Source of the DNA: Terriglobia bacterium
Lineage (GTDB): Bacteria > Acidobacteriota > Terriglobia > Acidiferrales > UBA7541
DNA length: 64,000 nucleotides
Reading direction: 5' to 3'
Assembly (NCBI GenBank): GCA_963803105.1
Contig: CAWDLF010000003.1
Coordinates: forward strand, 25,518-89,517
Part shown: positions 25,187-36,026 of the stretch, in pieces
How positions within the stretch are numbered: position 1 is the first letter of the stretch
Layout of the letters: each line of letters begins with the position of its first letter
Notes under the pieces: model-generated
Databases searched by the model: none
What the model saw: only the letters and a program-made list of their open reading frames with translations
Told to the model about the DNA's origin: nothing
Made by a program: the position numbers and the translations under genes

Positions 25187-27478
25187 TTAGTGGTGATGAC
25201 CGCCGCCACCGCCGCCGGAGTGGCCGCCACCGCCATGGGATCCGCCGCCGCTGCCGTTGCCATGGGGAGCCGGCTGACCTCCGTAGGCGCTATGAGGTTC
25301 GCTATAGTTGCCGCGTGGGGCGCTGTATGTATTGCTCCGCGGGGGATTGTAACCGCCGCTGTTTCCGTTGTTGTTCCCGCCGCGCGGGGCTTCGAATGTG
25401 CCACCCCTTTGGGAATTTTGGTATGTACTGTTGCCGCTTCCGCTGGAGCCGCTTCGCGGCGTCACGATGGGTTGCCTCATATTAAGTGGAGGACGAGAGT
25501 ATGAATTCGAGGCCCCCCCGCGTGACGCCGACGACGGCGGTTCGAACGAGCTGTGGTTCTGTCCCTGTGTAGAGCTACCGCGGTTATAAAACCCTTGTGA
25601 TTCCGATCCGCGCGATGACGGCGTGAAGTGCTGCCATCCGCGAGTCTCCGATTGAGGAGTCGTGCTGCTTCCTCCGAAGCTTTGGCCCGAGCGATTGAAG
25701 TTGCCGCCTGCATTGCCCGTACTCCCTGTGTTGCCGCGGTTCGTGACCGCGCCCTCGCTGGGGCGCTCGAATGAACCAGGCCGGCTGCCGGCATTGTTAT
25801 TGTTCACGGCTGTATTGCTCGCGCCGGTGAAGCCGCGATTAGTTCCGTTGAAGCTGTTGTTGCTGCCCCCCCGCTGCGAGTTGCTGCTGAAAAAGTGCTG
25901 CGAGCTTGACGGCACGCTGCGCAGGGAACTCGGATTCGCGGCGCGGCCGGACGGGCTGAAGCTTTCGCGGGAAGGAGAAATCGGCATCCTGCCCGAGACC
26001 ATGCTTGCCTGCCGCAACGACGACTCATTGAAGCGCTGCTGATTGCCCGGCACGGCGCCGCGGCCGAAATCGTGGCTCGACATCGAGCTGATTCCGCCCT
26101 GCAAGCGGCCGTCATGCATGATTCCATCCACGTTCGAGAATCGCCGGCCGCCAAAACCCCGCTCGCCCGCGAGCGGCCCATAGCCCTGGCGGAAGCCGTT
26201 AATGTTGCCTACACCGAACGTCCGGTAGCCGTGGCCCCAACCGCCCCACCACGGGTGATACCAATCGCAAGGCCCAATTGGAAACCAGCCGACGCTACCG
26301 AATCCGAAACCAAATCCCACTCCGACTCCGAAGCCGCCGCCTCCCCATCCGAAGAAGGACACGTATGCGGGCGCCCACACCGGATAGTAGGTTGGGTAGG
26401 CCACGACGGGCCCGGGCCACCATGACCAACGTCCGCCGTAGACGAACCATCGTCCGTAGTGATACGGCGCCCAACCCCAAGGCTCGCTCGAAACCCACGT
26501 CCATCCGTAGTAGGGAGTCCAAACCCAGCGGCCGGCGCGATAGGGCGCCCAGTTGGGATCGGGGTTCGAGGGCGTCCACACTTGGCCGTAATCGGGGACT
26601 TCGCTCCAGACGCCGTAAGTGTCGAGATCTTCCGAGCCCGTGTAGTAGGGATCGGTCTTGTGCCAGCTCTGCGCGCTTACGATATGGCGGTCGCGCTCGT
26701 CATTCCAGGTGTCGAAGGCATCGGCGTTAGGCGCTGCGTCTGTGCGGTACTGGGGATTATCGGTACCCTGTACGGTGATCATCTGTCCCGCTTCCACGTG
26801 CGTGCTTCCTTGGGGCGTGGAAATATCGGCCGAACCGCTGCGAATGGTTATCTTCGTCTCCGTATCGGAAGTGACCTGGATGCGAAACTCTCCAGCGCCG
26901 GTCGGATGGATCGCGACGTTGGGAGTATCGATTTCGGGATTCGCGTCGCTACCTCGTATCACCGTGAAGTTGGCCAGTCCTTGGCCGACTTGCACCTGAA
27001 GTCCGTTGCGATTCAGAGTGACGATGTTGGCGGTGGTGTTTGCGGACATTCGAAGAACGTCCGCGGCGTCAAGCTGCAGTTCGGCGCGCGCATTATTACC
27101 GGTGGTCACACGATCGCCGGGAGAAATCGGAGCGTTCTGCGTGAGCGCCACCCAGTCGCCGTTGTCGCCGCGCTGCGAGGAAACATCACCCTGAACGATG
27201 CTCGCCCGCGCTTCGCCGGGCTGCGGGCCATCGGTCGACCCATCGGTCGCCCCATTGGCTGACTGATCCGGTGCGCCCTGCGAGTTCTGATTGTTGTACG
27301 GTGGAGGGGCTCCTTGATTGTTATAACGAGGCGGGGCGCCCTGGCCGTTGTTATAAGGCGCAGGTGGCTGCTGGGTGTTGTAAGGTGCCGGCGGCTGATC
27401 CTGCGCGCCCGCGGGTGCCAGCCCGAAAGCAAACAGCAGGATCACCGCGCTCGCCACGCTCGCCAAGTATCTTTTCAT
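25187..27478 (-). CDS. Large secreted FecR-like / W-Y-G-rich protein with a long S/N/G-rich low-complexity region and a Gly/His tail
   Basis: AGGAGGTG RBS and a signal peptide, then PPAPYN repeats and a FecR-like segment (PGDRVTTGNNARAELQL). These are followed by GRWVWTPYYGWTWVSSEPWGWAPYHYGRW, a low-complexity region of about 300 aa, and the tail GGGSHGGGGHSGGGGGGHHH. Confidence 0.85.
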   Translation of the reverse strand: MKRYLASVASAVILLFAFGLAPAGAQDQPPAPYNTQQPPAPYNNGQGAPPRYNNQGAPPPYNNQNSQGAPDQSANGATDGSTDGPQPGEARASIVQGDVSSQRGDNGDWVALTQNAPISPGDRVTTGNNARAELQLDAADVLRMSANTTANIVTLNRNGLQVQVGQGLANFTVIRGSDANPEIDTPNVAIHPTGAGEFRIQVTSDTETKITIRSGSADISTPQGSTHVEAGQMITVQGTDNPQYRTDAAPNADAFDTWNDERDRHIVSAQSWHKTDPYYTGSEDLDTYGVWSEVPDYGQVWTPSNPDPNWAPYRAGRWVWTPYYGWTWVSSEPWGWAPYHYGRWFVYGGRWSWWPGPVVAYPTYYPVWAPAYVSFFGWGGGGFGVGVGFGFGFGSVGWFPIGPCDWYHPWWGGWGHGYRTFGVGNINGFRQGYGPLAGERGFGGRRFSNVDGIMHDGRLQGGISSMSSHDFGRGAVPGNQQRFNESSLRQASMVSGRMPISPSRESFSPSGRAANPSSLRSVPSSSQHFFSSNSQRGGSNNSFNGTNRGFTGASNTAVNNNNAGSRPGSFERPSEGAVTNRGNTGSTGNAGGNFNRSGQSFGGSSTTPQSETRGWQHFTPSSRGSESQGFYNRGSSTQGQNHSSFEPPSSASRGGASNSYSRPPLNMRQPIVTPRSGSSGSGNSTYQNSQRGGTFEAPRGGNNNGNSGGYNPPRSNTYSAPRGNYSEPHSAYGGQPAPHGNGSGGGSHGGGGHSGGGGGGHHH

Positions 27479-27548
27479 CGATCACCTCCTGCCGCGACCT
27501 CGCGTCAGGACCCCAGTTACGAATCCACTTATGAATCCGCTGTCGATA

Positions 27549-27565
27549 ATGCAGGGAGCGTGCCA
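27549..27565 (-). promoter_or_regulatory. Sigma-54 (-24/-12) promoter: TGGCAC-GCTCC-CTGCAT
   Basis: The minus strand reads TTGGCACGCTCCCTGCAT, close to the TGGCAC-N5-TTGCW consensus. It lies about 70 nt upstream of the ATG at 27478 and directly downstream of an NtrC-family activator gene. Confidence 0.65.
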
Positions 27566-27661
27566 AAGTGCCGAAATGGCGTAGGTACTCGTATCTCTAT
27601 GAAGGGAGGGGTCTTGTGGGTGCAGCCCAACCGTGCATCCAGGGCTGCTATTTCGCGGTGG

Positions 27662-27699
27662 TGGTGGTTTTCACGCGGCACTGGTGGTTTTCAACCACC
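27662..27699. promoter_or_regulatory. Candidate enhancer (UAS): direct repeat TGGTGGTTTTCA x2, 20 bp apart; the second copy lies inside the palindrome GGTGGTT-TTC-AACCACC
   Basis: Repeat copies at 27662-27673 and 27682-27693, with the inverted repeat at 27683-27699. They sit about 100-150 bp upstream of the sigma-54 promoter. Confidence 0.4.
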
Positions 27700-27731
27700 G
27701 ATGCGTAACGATTCGCTCGCAAGCGCGAGCC

Positions 27732-29105
27732 TTACTCGGCGGGATCGGAAACGCCGATTTTGGAGAGGCGATAGCGGAGGGCATTGCGCGACAACCCTAG
27801 GGCGCGCGCGGCCTGGCTCTTGTTTCCGTTGGCGCGCCGCAAGGCTTCGCGGATCATTTCATCTTCCCATTGCTCGAGTGAGACGCCCTCGGGCAGCGCC
27901 GCGGACGCGCCGGCGACCGCGCGCGGCGGGTCAATATCGAGGTGAATGTCGGCGGCGTCGAGCGTCGGACCCTCGGATAGGGTGACGGCTCGCTCGATGA
28001 TATTTTCCAGCTCGCGCACGTTACCGGGCCAGTGGAAATCCATCAGCAGCTTCAGCGCTTGCGGAGTGAGGGTGCGGGCTGGGGTGCCGGACTCGCGAGC
28101 GAACTTTTCGAGGAAGAAATTTGCGAGCGCCGGAATATCTTCTTTGTGATCGCGCAACGGAGGGACGTCGATGGCCACCACGTTGAGCCGATAGTACAAA
28201 TCTTCACGGAAGGTGCCGTCCTCGAGCGCGGCGCGCAGATCCCGATTGGTCGCGGCGATGAGGCGCACGTCGACTTTTAAAGTTCTCGTTCCTCCCAGCC
28301 GCTCGAATTCGCGCTCCTGCAAGACGCGCAAAAGCTTTACCTGAATCGCGGGGGGCACGTCGCCAATTTCGTCGAGGAACAGCGTTCCCTTGTCGGCCAA
28401 CTCGAATTTGCCGGGCTTGGTTGTCGTTGCGCCCGAGAAGGCGCCCTTTTCGTATCCGAAGAGTTCGCTTTCCAGGAGGTTTTCGGGAATCGCCGTGCTG
28501 TTAATTTTGACGAAGGGCCCGCCGGCGCGGTGAGAGTGTTCGTGAATGGCGCGCGCGATCAGATCTTTTCCCACGCCGCTTTCACCGCCAATCAGCACGG
28601 TGGAGTTCGTCGGCGCCACGCGTTCGACCAGAGCCAGCACAGCCTGCATCTTGGTGCTGCGCGCGACGATGTTTTTGTATTCGTAGCGGCGGCCGAGCTC
28701 CTCGCGCAAGGTACGATTTTCTTCGCGCAGCTCGTGGGTCGCCAGCTCCTTGCGAATCACCAGCACCAGCTCGGCCAGGGAAAAGGGTTTCAGTATGAAG
28801 TCGCTGGCGCCGGCCTTCATGGCCTCCACCGCGGATTCCACCGTTCCGAAGGCGGTCATGATGATCACCGGGATGGTGGCGTTGACGCGTTTGACGGCCT
28901 GAAGAAATTCCAGCCCGCTCATACCCGGCAATTTGAAGTCGGTGAGCACGATGTCAAAGCGTTCTTTGCCGAGCAGCTGCAAGCCGGCTTCGGCATCGGG
29001 CGCGGCGCGCGTGAGGAAACCCTCGTCGGCGAGCTGCAGCTCGATCACGCGCCGCAACTTGGTTTCGTCTTCCACGATCAGGATCGACTGCTTTTCGCGC
29101 GTCAT
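27732..29105 (-). CDS. Sigma-54-dependent response regulator (NtrC/Fis family)
   Basis: Receiver domain ([21 protein letters not shown]), AAA+ domain ([22 protein letters not shown]) and a C-terminal HTH ([20 protein letters not shown]). The start is set at MTREKQS (29105); the upstream extension of the ORF is Arg-rich junk. Confidence 0.9.
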   Translation of the reverse strand: MTREKQSILIVEDETKLRRVIELQLADEGFLTRAAPDAEAGLQLLGKERFDIVLTDFKLPGMSGLEFLQAVKRVNATIPVIIMTAFGTVESAVEAMKAGASDFILKPFSLAELVLVIRKELATHELREENRTLREELGRRYEYKNIVARSTKMQAVLALVERVAPTNSTVLIGGESGVGKDLIARAIHEHSHRAGGPFVKINSTAIPENLLESELFGYEKGAFSGATTTKPGKFELADKGTLFLDEIGDVPPAIQVKLLRVLQEREFERLGGTRTLKVDVRLIAATNRDLRAALEDGTFREDLYYRLNVVAIDVPPLRDHKEDIPALANFFLEKFARESGTPARTLTPQALKLLMDFHWPGNVRELENIIERAVTLSEGPTLDAADIHLDIDPPRAVAGASAALPEGVSLEQWEDEMIREALRRANGNKSQAARALGLSRNALRYRLSKIGVSDPAE

Positions 29106-29116
29106 TTTGGATGCGC

Positions 29117-30430
29117 TCACCGGTGAACGGACCCCACTGGTGCCGGAAGATCGGTCTTGATCGCGGTGACGGACGCGGCGGGGAGGAACACGTGAAACGT
29201 CGCGCCGCCGGAAGCGTTGTCTTCGAGGCGAATCCATCCCCGATGGTCGTCGATAATCTTCGCCACAATCGCCAAGCCCATGCCGACGCCGTCCTTCTTC
29301 GATGTGAAAAACGGGTTAAAGATCTGCTCGCGCAATGCCGCGGGAACCCCCGGCCCGGTGTCCTGAACCATCACTCCCACGCCGTCGCGGCCCTGCGAAG
29401 ATTCAGGAGCAGCGGAGAGCCGCAGGACACGCTCGCGGGTATCGGCCGGCTCCATCATGGCCTGGTAAGCATTCTGAATCAGATTTACGAAAACGCGTTC
29501 GCACAGTTGTTCGTCGGCCAGAACGGGCGGCAGATGGCGAGGTTCGTCGCGCTCGACACGCACATGCGCATCGGGGAATTGGGCGTTCACGGCGTCAAAG
29601 GCACGGTCAAGGATTGGTGAAAGCTGGTGCGGCTGCGGCTCAAGCTGTGAGGGCCGCGCAAAATCCAGAAAGCGGGCGATCAGCTCATTGAGGCGGTTCA
29701 CTTCCGAGGAGATGTATCCAGCAAGCTCGCTTTCGATCGGCTGCGCTTCCCGAAGTTTCTTGTTCAGCATTTCTGCTGAGCCCTTGATGACCGCAAGCGG
29801 GTTGCGAATTTCGTGCGCAAGGCCGGCGGACATTTGCCCCAGTGCGGCCAGGCGTTCGGACCGGCGCGCGTCGGCTTCGGCGCGCTGCAATTGCCGGTTG
29901 GTCTCTTCCAGCGTTTCCGAGAGCGCTTGATAGCGCGCAACCTGCCGACGGTTCTCTACGGCGAAACGGTTCACCAGCACGGCGGCGATAAAGAAGAAGA
30001 GGACGCGCGTTGTAAGGATCCACGCTCCCTCGGGAGTGAGTTCGTACTCCTGAAGCGCCGGCCAAAGAAACGAACAGTAGGCAAGGGAAGCGAGTGCGGT
30101 CCACAGAAGCGTGCCGATCGGGCCGAAATACATCGCTGCCGTTACTACGGGCAAATAGTAGATCGGGTAGTACGTGCTATTGATGCCCACTTCCTGCGTG
30201 TGATCGAGAAGCAGCGTCGCCAGCGCGATCTTGATCAAAACGCTGTAGTAGCGTCCCCTGCTCGGTAGCCAGGCGACGAGCCGGCCCTCGAGAAGCTGGA
30301 ATACAATGATGGCTAGGAGGGTCAACTGCTTGTGAACTTCATCGATGGGCGGGAGAAACGCGAGGCAGACCACGAACAGCACGAACACCATGTCGATCCA
30401 ATCGAACGCGGATCGCTTGCGGTCGAGCAT
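29117..30430 (-). CDS. Membrane sensor histidine kinase (NtrB/AtoS-like) paired with the NtrC-family regulator
   Basis: Multi-TM N-terminus, H-box GLAHEIRNPLAVI, and DTGPGVP and GMGLAIV boxes. The start is set at MLDRKRS (30430); the longer ORF overlaps cobA and is not credible. Confidence 0.9.
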   Translation of the reverse strand: MLDRKRSAFDWIDMVFVLFVVCLAFLPPIDEVHKQLTLLAIIVFQLLEGRLVAWLPSRGRYYSVLIKIALATLLLDHTQEVGINSTYYPIYYLPVVTAAMYFGPIGTLLWTALASLAYCSFLWPALQEYELTPEGAWILTTRVLFFFIAAVLVNRFAVENRRQVARYQALSETLEETNRQLQRAEADARRSERLAALGQMSAGLAHEIRNPLAVIKGSAEMLNKKLREAQPIESELAGYISSEVNRLNELIARFLDFARPSQLEPQPHQLSPILDRAFDAVNAQFPDAHVRVERDEPRHLPPVLADEQLCERVFVNLIQNAYQAMMEPADTRERVLRLSAAPESSQGRDGVGVMVQDTGPGVPAALREQIFNPFFTSKKDGVGMGLAIVAKIIDDHRGWIRLEDNASGGATFHVFLPAASVTAIKTDLPAPVGSVHR

Positions 30431-30537
30431 GGCGGGCAGGCCCCTCCCTGGATGACCTATTGTGAAGCTAATAAATTCTAGACGAATCTTACACGAAGCG
30501 GGTTCCTTCCGTTGTTCGGTGTGCTCGCGGGTTCTGG

Positions 30538-31332
30538 CTAACGGCGGGAGAAAGTTGCCGCTGCTTCGTCGAGGAGGGCCGTTAATTCCGGTGCGCGCTG
30601 TCTCCGACGTGCTCCCTGAAGTGACCTGCCCACGAGCAAAATGGCCGGAGCCTCTGCGTGCAGCGTGCGGCCGAGTTCTTCGAGAGTGATGTATCGAACG
30701 GTCTGCTCGGGCGTGCTGACGTGGGAGACGAGCGCGGCGGGGGTTTGAGGGTCGAGGCCCGCGGCAACGAGCTCGTCGCGCAGGCGCGCGAGGTTGCTGC
30801 CCGGCATATAGATCACCAGGACGCCGTCGTGATGCGCCAAACTCTTCCAGTCGGGCCTGGCCTCCTTGTCGCCGTGTCGCGCCGGATGGGCGCTCACGAA
30901 AATGGCGTGCGAGCTCTTGCGCCGGTCGGTGAGTGAAATTCCGAGAGAAGCAGCCGCGGCCATTCCGGCGGTGATTCCCGGGATCACCTCGAAGGGCACG
31001 CCCGCGGCTTCGAGCGCGTCGATCTCTTCTGCCAGCCGCCCGAAGATTCCCGGGTCGCCGCCCTTTAAACGCGCCACGGTACGCCCTTCGCGCGCCGAGC
31101 GAATCATGCGAGCGTTGATCTCCTCCTGGGTCATCGTCTTTGCTCCGCACCGTTTGCCCACGCTGGCGACCAGTGCGGACGGGCTGGCAAGCGCCAGGAT
31201 GGGCGCGGGCACCAGGTCGTCGTGCAGGATCTCATCCGCCTCCCGTAAGATGCGGTGGGCCTTGAGGGTCAGCAAATCCGGGTCTCCCGGGCCTGCTCCA
31301 ACGAGATAAACGGTGGTCGGTTTCATGGGCAT
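30538..31332 (-). CDS. cobA: Uroporphyrinogen-III C-methyltransferase (SUMT)
   Basis: VYLVGAGPGDPDLLTLKA, RLKGGDP.IFGR and IPGITA motifs. Confidence 0.85.
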   Translation of the reverse strand: MPMKPTTVYLVGAGPGDPDLLTLKAHRILREADEILHDDLVPAPILALASPSALVASVGKRCGAKTMTQEEINARMIRSAREGRTVARLKGGDPGIFGRLAEEIDALEAAGVPFEVIPGITAGMAAAASLGISLTDRRKSSHAIFVSAHPARHGDKEARPDWKSLAHHDGVLVIYMPGSNLARLRDELVAAGLDPQTPAALVSHVSTPEQTVRYITLEELGRTLHAEAPAILLVGRSLQGARRRQRAPELTALLDEAAATFSRR

Positions 31333-31654
31333 GAGGGCCGTTCGATCGCTAACAATCCTCAGAAAACAGATGCCATTCTAGCGTAACATATGGGGCGTGG
31401 CAGGTTGCCGCTTAGAGCGGTCGGCTTGGCCAGTCGTTGACCGTAGGGACGAGGTTTTAGAACGAAAAGGTGAGTTTCGGCAGAGATCCCACTGCAATAG
31501 ACCGCCTGTTGGCACCTCCTCGGGGCTCGATGGTTACTCTGGGGCCGAACGGACGTAGAAGCTTAAGGACGCCGGAACCGGACCGACTTCGCTGTATCCG
31601 TGACGCGGGCGAATGCGTCTAAAACCTGTGACAGAATACCGCTAGAGGAGATAC

Positions 31655-32911
31655 ATGTCCGAGCAGGATGTACTTTCGAGAGAAAGCAAGGTTTCACCGG
31701 CGCCCACCCTGGAAACGGGGCCCAAGAAGAGCCGCACGTGGGTCTGGATCGTCCTCATTTTGCTTATCGTCGCGGCAGTCGTCGTCTACCGGATGTACTC
31801 TCCATCCCAACCCGCCAACGCGGAGCAACAGCAGGGCGGCAGAGGTCAGGGCGGAGGGCCTGTTTCCGTCGGTACTGTTCCCGTCCAGAAGAAAGACGTG
31901 CCTTTCTATCTAAGCGGTCTGGGCTCGGTCACGGCACTCAATACGGTTACGGTACACACTCGTGTCGACGGCGAGATTATGAGAGTCGCCTTCAAAGAGG
32001 GCCAATTCGTTCGCGCTGGAGATGTGTTGGTTGAGATCGATCCGCGTCCTTTCCAAGTGGCTCTGGAGCAGGCCGAAGGGCAGCTGGCGAAGGACATCGC
32101 CTCGCAGAACGACGCCAAAGTGGACCTGAATCGCTACCAGACTCTTTGGCAGGAGGGCGTCATCGCCCGCCAGCAGTTGGACTCACAGCAGGCGACCGTA
32201 GGCCAGTTCGACGGCGCCATCCAGTCTGACCAAGCGCAGATAGCCAATCAGAAGCTACAGCTGACGTACAGTCGCATCACCGCTCCCATCAGCGGACGAA
32301 TCGGTCTGCGTCTGGTCGACTCGGGCAACATCGTTCACGCCACGGACGCCAACGGGATGCTGGTGATCACTGAGGTACAGCCGATTTCGGTGATCTTCAC
32401 GCTGCCGGAAGACAACCTGCAGCAGGTGGTGACGGAGATGCGAAATCGTCAGCTCCCCGTCGAAGCCTACAATCGCGACAACAACGCCAAGCTTGCTGAC
32501 GGCGTGCTGCAGACCATTGATAATCAGATCGACCAGACCACCGGGACCATTCGTTTTAAGGCGCAATTTACAAATAACGACTTGTCGCTCTGGCCCAATC
32601 AGTTCGTGAACATACGCCTGTTCCTGAACGTCCGGAAGGATGCCCTGGTGATTCCGTCGGCTGCCGTGCAGAAGGGCGCGCAGGAAAACTTCGTCTATGT
32701 GGTCAAGTCGGACGATACCGCGGAGTACCGTCCAGTGCAGGTCGATTTCTCGCAGGGCAACGATTCCGTTATCCGCTCAGGACTGCAGGCTGGGGAACAG
32801 ATCGTGGTCGATGGACAGGACAAGCTGCAGAACGGAACTCGGGTCGCAGTGCGCTCGGGTGCCCCGCGCGCCAAGGCGTCCAATAGCGGGACTCTAGGGC
32901 AAACCCCGTGA
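31655..32911 (+). CDS. mdtA: RND efflux periplasmic adaptor (MdtA/MuxA-like)
   Basis: Membrane-fusion-protein layout with lipoyl and hairpin regions ([13 protein letters not shown]). It is coupled to the next gene by a GTGA overlap. Confidence 0.85.
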   Translation: MSEQDVLSRESKVSPAPTLETGPKKSRTWVWIVLILLIVAAVVVYRMYSPSQPANAEQQQGGRGQGGGPVSVGTVPVQKKDVPFYLSGLGSVTALNTVTVHTRVDGEIMRVAFKEGQFVRAGDVLVEIDPRPFQVALEQAEGQLAKDIASQNDAKVDLNRYQTLWQEGVIARQQLDSQQATVGQFDGAIQSDQAQIANQKLQLTYSRITAPISGRIGLRLVDSGNIVHATDANGMLVITEVQPISVIFTLPEDNLQQVVTEMRNRQLPVEAYNRDNNAKLADGVLQTIDNQIDQTTGTIRFKAQFTNNDLSLWPNQFVNIRLFLNVRKDALVIPSAAVQKGAQENFVYVVKSDDTAEYRPVQVDFSQGNDSVIRSGLQAGEQIVVDGQDKLQNGTRVAVRSGAPRAKASNSGTLGQTP

Positions 32912-35900
32912 GTCCGTCCAAGCCGTTCATTCTGCGGCCCGTCGCAACGTCTCTGTTGATGGTGGGCATCATGCTAGCCGGGGCGGTGGCCTATTTCCAG
33001 CTCCCCGTCTCCGCCTTGCCGCAGGTCGACTATCCGACCATCCAGGTGCTCACGTTCTATCCCGGCGCGAGCCCCGATGTGATGGCTTCCGGCGTTACTA
33101 CTCCTCTCGAGCGCCAGTTCGGGCAAGTTCCCGGCCTGAACCAGATGACATCTACGAGTTCCTACGGCTGCTCGCTAATCACTCTGCAGTTTGAGCTCAA
33201 GGAAAACATTGACGTGGCGGAGCAGCAGGTGCAGGCGGCCATCAACGCCGCGACCACCTATTTGCCGCCCGATCTGCCGAATCCCCCGATCTACAGCAAG
33301 GTGAATCCGGCCGATACTCCGGTTCTGACGTTAGCGCTCACTTCCGAGACTTTGCCGCTCGCCAAAGTAGAGGATTTTGCGGACACCAATCTGGCGCAGA
33401 AGATTTCGCAGCTCTCCGGCGTAGGCTTGGTCTCCATCAGCGGAGGGCAGAAGCCGGCCGTACGCGTTCAAGCGAACCCCACAGCTCTGGCGGCGTATGG
33501 CATGAGCCTCGAAGATCTGCGCACCGCGCTTTCACAAGCCAACGTGGATCAAGCCAAGGGCACGCTGAACGGTCCTCGCCAGACCTTCACGATTAACGCC
33601 AACGACCAGATCCTGACCGCATCGAGCTATAGCCCGCTCATCGTCGCCTATCGGAACGGTAATCCCATACGTCTTTCCGACGTCGCGCAAGTGGTCGACG
33701 GAGTGGAGAATACGCAACAGGCTGCCTGGAGCGGTACCACTCCGGCCGTGGTTCTGAACATTCAGCGCCAGCCGGGCACCAATATTATCGGCGTGGTGGA
33801 TCGCGTCAAGGAACTGCTCCCGCGTCTACAGGCTTCGCTGCCGTCTTCGATTCACGTGGATGTCTTGACCGACCGCACCAGTACCATCCGCGCTTCGGTG
33901 AAGGATGTGCAGTTCGAATTGATGCTGACCATCGGCCTGGTTGTGCTGGTCATGTTCTTGTTTCTGCGCAGCGTCGCCGCGACCATCATCCCCAGCGTTG
34001 CCGTTCCTCTCTCGCTGGTGGGCACCTTTGGCGTGATGTACCTGCTTGGGTTCAGCCTGGACAACTTGTCTTTGATGGCCTTGACGATCTCCACGGGGTT
34101 CGTCGTTGACGACGCCATCGTCATGATCGAAAACATTTCACGGTTCATCGAGGAAGGGCATTCGCCCTTCGAAGCGGCGCTGAAGGGCTCCGAACAGATC
34201 GGATTCACGATTCTCTCGCTGACCGTCTCGCTGATCGCCGTGCTGATCCCGCTGCTATTTATGGGAGACGTTGTCGGCCGCCTGTTCCGCGAGTTCGCTA
34301 TCACCTTGGGCGTTACGATTCTTGTGTCCGCCTTCGTTTCTCTGACGCTGACTCCCATGATGTGCTCGCGCCTGCTGCACCGTATCGAAGAGTCGCGCCA
34401 GAGCCGCTTTTTCCGCATCTCCGAGGATTTCTTCGATCGCACCATCGCTTCGTACGGGCGCGGCGTGAAGTTCGTCTTGCGGCACCAGACGGCCACTCTG
34501 TTTGTTACCTTCGGCACGCTCATCCTTACGCTTGTGCTGTTCTACTACGTCCCTAAAGGTTTCTTTCCGGTGCAGGATACCGGTGTGATCATCGGAATCT
34601 CCGAGGCGCCGCAGTCGGTTTCTTTTTCCGCCATGGCCGAGCGGCAACAGGCACTGGCTGCTGTGATTCTGAAAGATCCTGACGTGGTCAGCCTGTCCTC
34701 GTTTATCGGCGTCGACGGTACGAACCTCACTCCCAATAGCGGCAGAATTCAGATCAACCTAAAGCCACGCGAAGAAAGAAAAGACGATGCTTCGGCCATT
34801 ATCCGCCGCCTGCAACCGCGAGTCGAACAGGTCGAGGGAATTGCGCTGTTCATGCAGCCAGTGCAGGACCTCAGCATCGAAGACCGGGTGAGCCGCACGC
34901 AATATCAGTACTCCATCGAGGACACGGATTCCAACGAACTCGCCCAGTGGGCGCCGCGGCTGGTGGAAGAATTGAAGAAGCTCCCGCAATTGCGCGATGT
35001 CGCTACTGACCAGCAAGATCAGGGCTTGCGCGCCAATCTCGTGATCGACCGCGATAGCGCCGCCCGACTAGGTATCCTGCCCGCCGCCATCGACCAGACC
35101 CTGTATGACGCCTTCGGGCAGCGCCAAGTGTCGACCATGTTCACGCAACTGAACCAGTACCACGTGATTCTGGAAGTGGATCAGCATTTCCAGCAAAATC
35201 CGGATGCGCTCAAGGATATTTACGTGAAGTCCTCGAACGGCACGCAGGTGCCCTTGAGCGCGTTTACCCGTTACGAGACATCCACGTCGACTCTGGCGGT
35301 AAACCACCAGGGGCAGTTTCCGGTGGTGACGCTATCGTTCAACCTGGCGCCCGGATCTTCCCTAGGAGATGCCGTCAACGCGATTCACCGTGTGGAGGCC
35401 CAGATCGGTCTACCAGCCTCCGTCCACCCCAGTTTTCAAGGCATGGCCCAGGTGTTTCAATCCTCGCTCGCCAACGAGCCGGTGCTGATTCTCGCGGCCC
35501 TGATCACCGTATATATCGTCCTGGGAGTTCTGTACGAAAGCTACATTCATCCGTTGACGATTCTCTCTACGCTCCCCTCCGCGGGAGTCGGCGCCCTGCT
35601 CGCGCTGATGTTGTGCCACACGGAATTCAGCGTGATTGCGCTGATTGGCATCATTCTCCTGATTGGTATCGTGCAGAAAAACGCGATCATGATGATCGAC
35701 TTCGCGCTCGATGCCGAGCGCCGGGAAGGGAAGAGTCCCGAGGAGGCGATCTATCAGGCCTGCTTGCTGCGCTTCCGTCCCATTATGATGACGACCATGG
35801 CCGCCATGCTCGGCGGTTTGCCGCTAGCCCTCGGCAGCGGTACCGGAGCTGAGTTGCGCCGTCCGCTGGGAATCAGCATCGTCGGCGGCTTGGTTGTGAG

Positions 35901-36018
35901 CCAGATGCTTACTCTCTTCACCACACCGGTCGTGTATTTGTGGTTTGACCGCTTGGCGCAGCGATTTTCGGGAAGTCACGCCAGCAAGCTAGTGGAGCAG
36001 GGCTCCACGGCGGACTAG
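32908..36018 (+). CDS. mdtB: RND multidrug efflux permease (MdtB/MuxB-like)
   Basis: 1036 aa. The [12 protein letters not shown] start, 12-TM AcrB topology and [11 protein letters not shown] motif are typical. Confidence 0.9.
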   Translation: MSPSKPFILRPVATSLLMVGIMLAGAVAYFQLPVSALPQVDYPTIQVLTFYPGASPDVMASGVTTPLERQFGQVPGLNQMTSTSSYGCSLITLQFELKENIDVAEQQVQAAINAATTYLPPDLPNPPIYSKVNPADTPVLTLALTSETLPLAKVEDFADTNLAQKISQLSGVGLVSISGGQKPAVRVQANPTALAAYGMSLEDLRTALSQANVDQAKGTLNGPRQTFTINANDQILTASSYSPLIVAYRNGNPIRLSDVAQVVDGVENTQQAAWSGTTPAVVLNIQRQPGTNIIGVVDRVKELLPRLQASLPSSIHVDVLTDRTSTIRASVKDVQFELMLTIGLVVLVMFLFLRSVAATIIPSVAVPLSLVGTFGVMYLLGFSLDNLSLMALTISTGFVVDDAIVMIENISRFIEEGHSPFEAALKGSEQIGFTILSLTVSLIAVLIPLLFMGDVVGRLFREFAITLGVTILVSAFVSLTLTPMMCSRLLHRIEESRQSRFFRISEDFFDRTIASYGRGVKFVLRHQTATLFVTFGTLILTLVLFYYVPKGFFPVQDTGVIIGISEAPQSVSFSAMAERQQALAAVILKDPDVVSLSSFIGVDGTNLTPNSGRIQINLKPREERKDDASAIIRRLQPRVEQVEGIALFMQPVQDLSIEDRVSRTQYQYSIEDTDSNELAQWAPRLVEELKKLPQLRDVATDQQDQGLRANLVIDRDSAARLGILPAAIDQTLYDAFGQRQVSTMFTQLNQYHVILEVDQHFQQNPDALKDIYVKSSNGTQVPLSAFTRYETSTSTLAVNHQGQFPVVTLSFNLAPGSSLGDAVNAIHRVEAQIGLPASVHPSFQGMAQVFQSSLANEPVLILAALITVYIVLGVLYESYIHPLTILSTLPSAGVGALLALMLCHTEFSVIALIGIILLIGIVQKNAIMMIDFALDAERREGKSPEEAIYQACLLRFRPIMMTTMAAMLGGLPLALGSGTGAELRRPLGISIVGGLVVSQMLTLFTTPVVYLWFDRLAQRFSGSHASKLVEQGSTAD

Positions 36019-36026
36019 AACCGAAC

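Noticed and set aside
29106-29237. 44-aa N-terminal extension of the NtrC-like regulator ORF
   Set aside because: It is Arg-rich junk overlapping the kinase 3' end. The receiver domain starts at [14 protein letters not shown] (ATG at 29105).
30431-31150. N-terminal 240-aa extension of the histidine-kinase ORF (29117..31150)
   Set aside because: The extension is Arg/Pro/Gly-rich. It overlaps the well-supported cobA gene in another frame. The kinase's TM domain begins right after the internal Met at 30430.
31333-31654. Possible cobalamin riboswitch in the divergent region upstream of cobA
   Set aside because: I found no B12-box-like core (..AGYCMGGAGACCKGCC..) or the conserved GGTG/CTG..CCC elements on the cobA strand. 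A TGGCAC at about 31514 lacks a -12 TTGC element.
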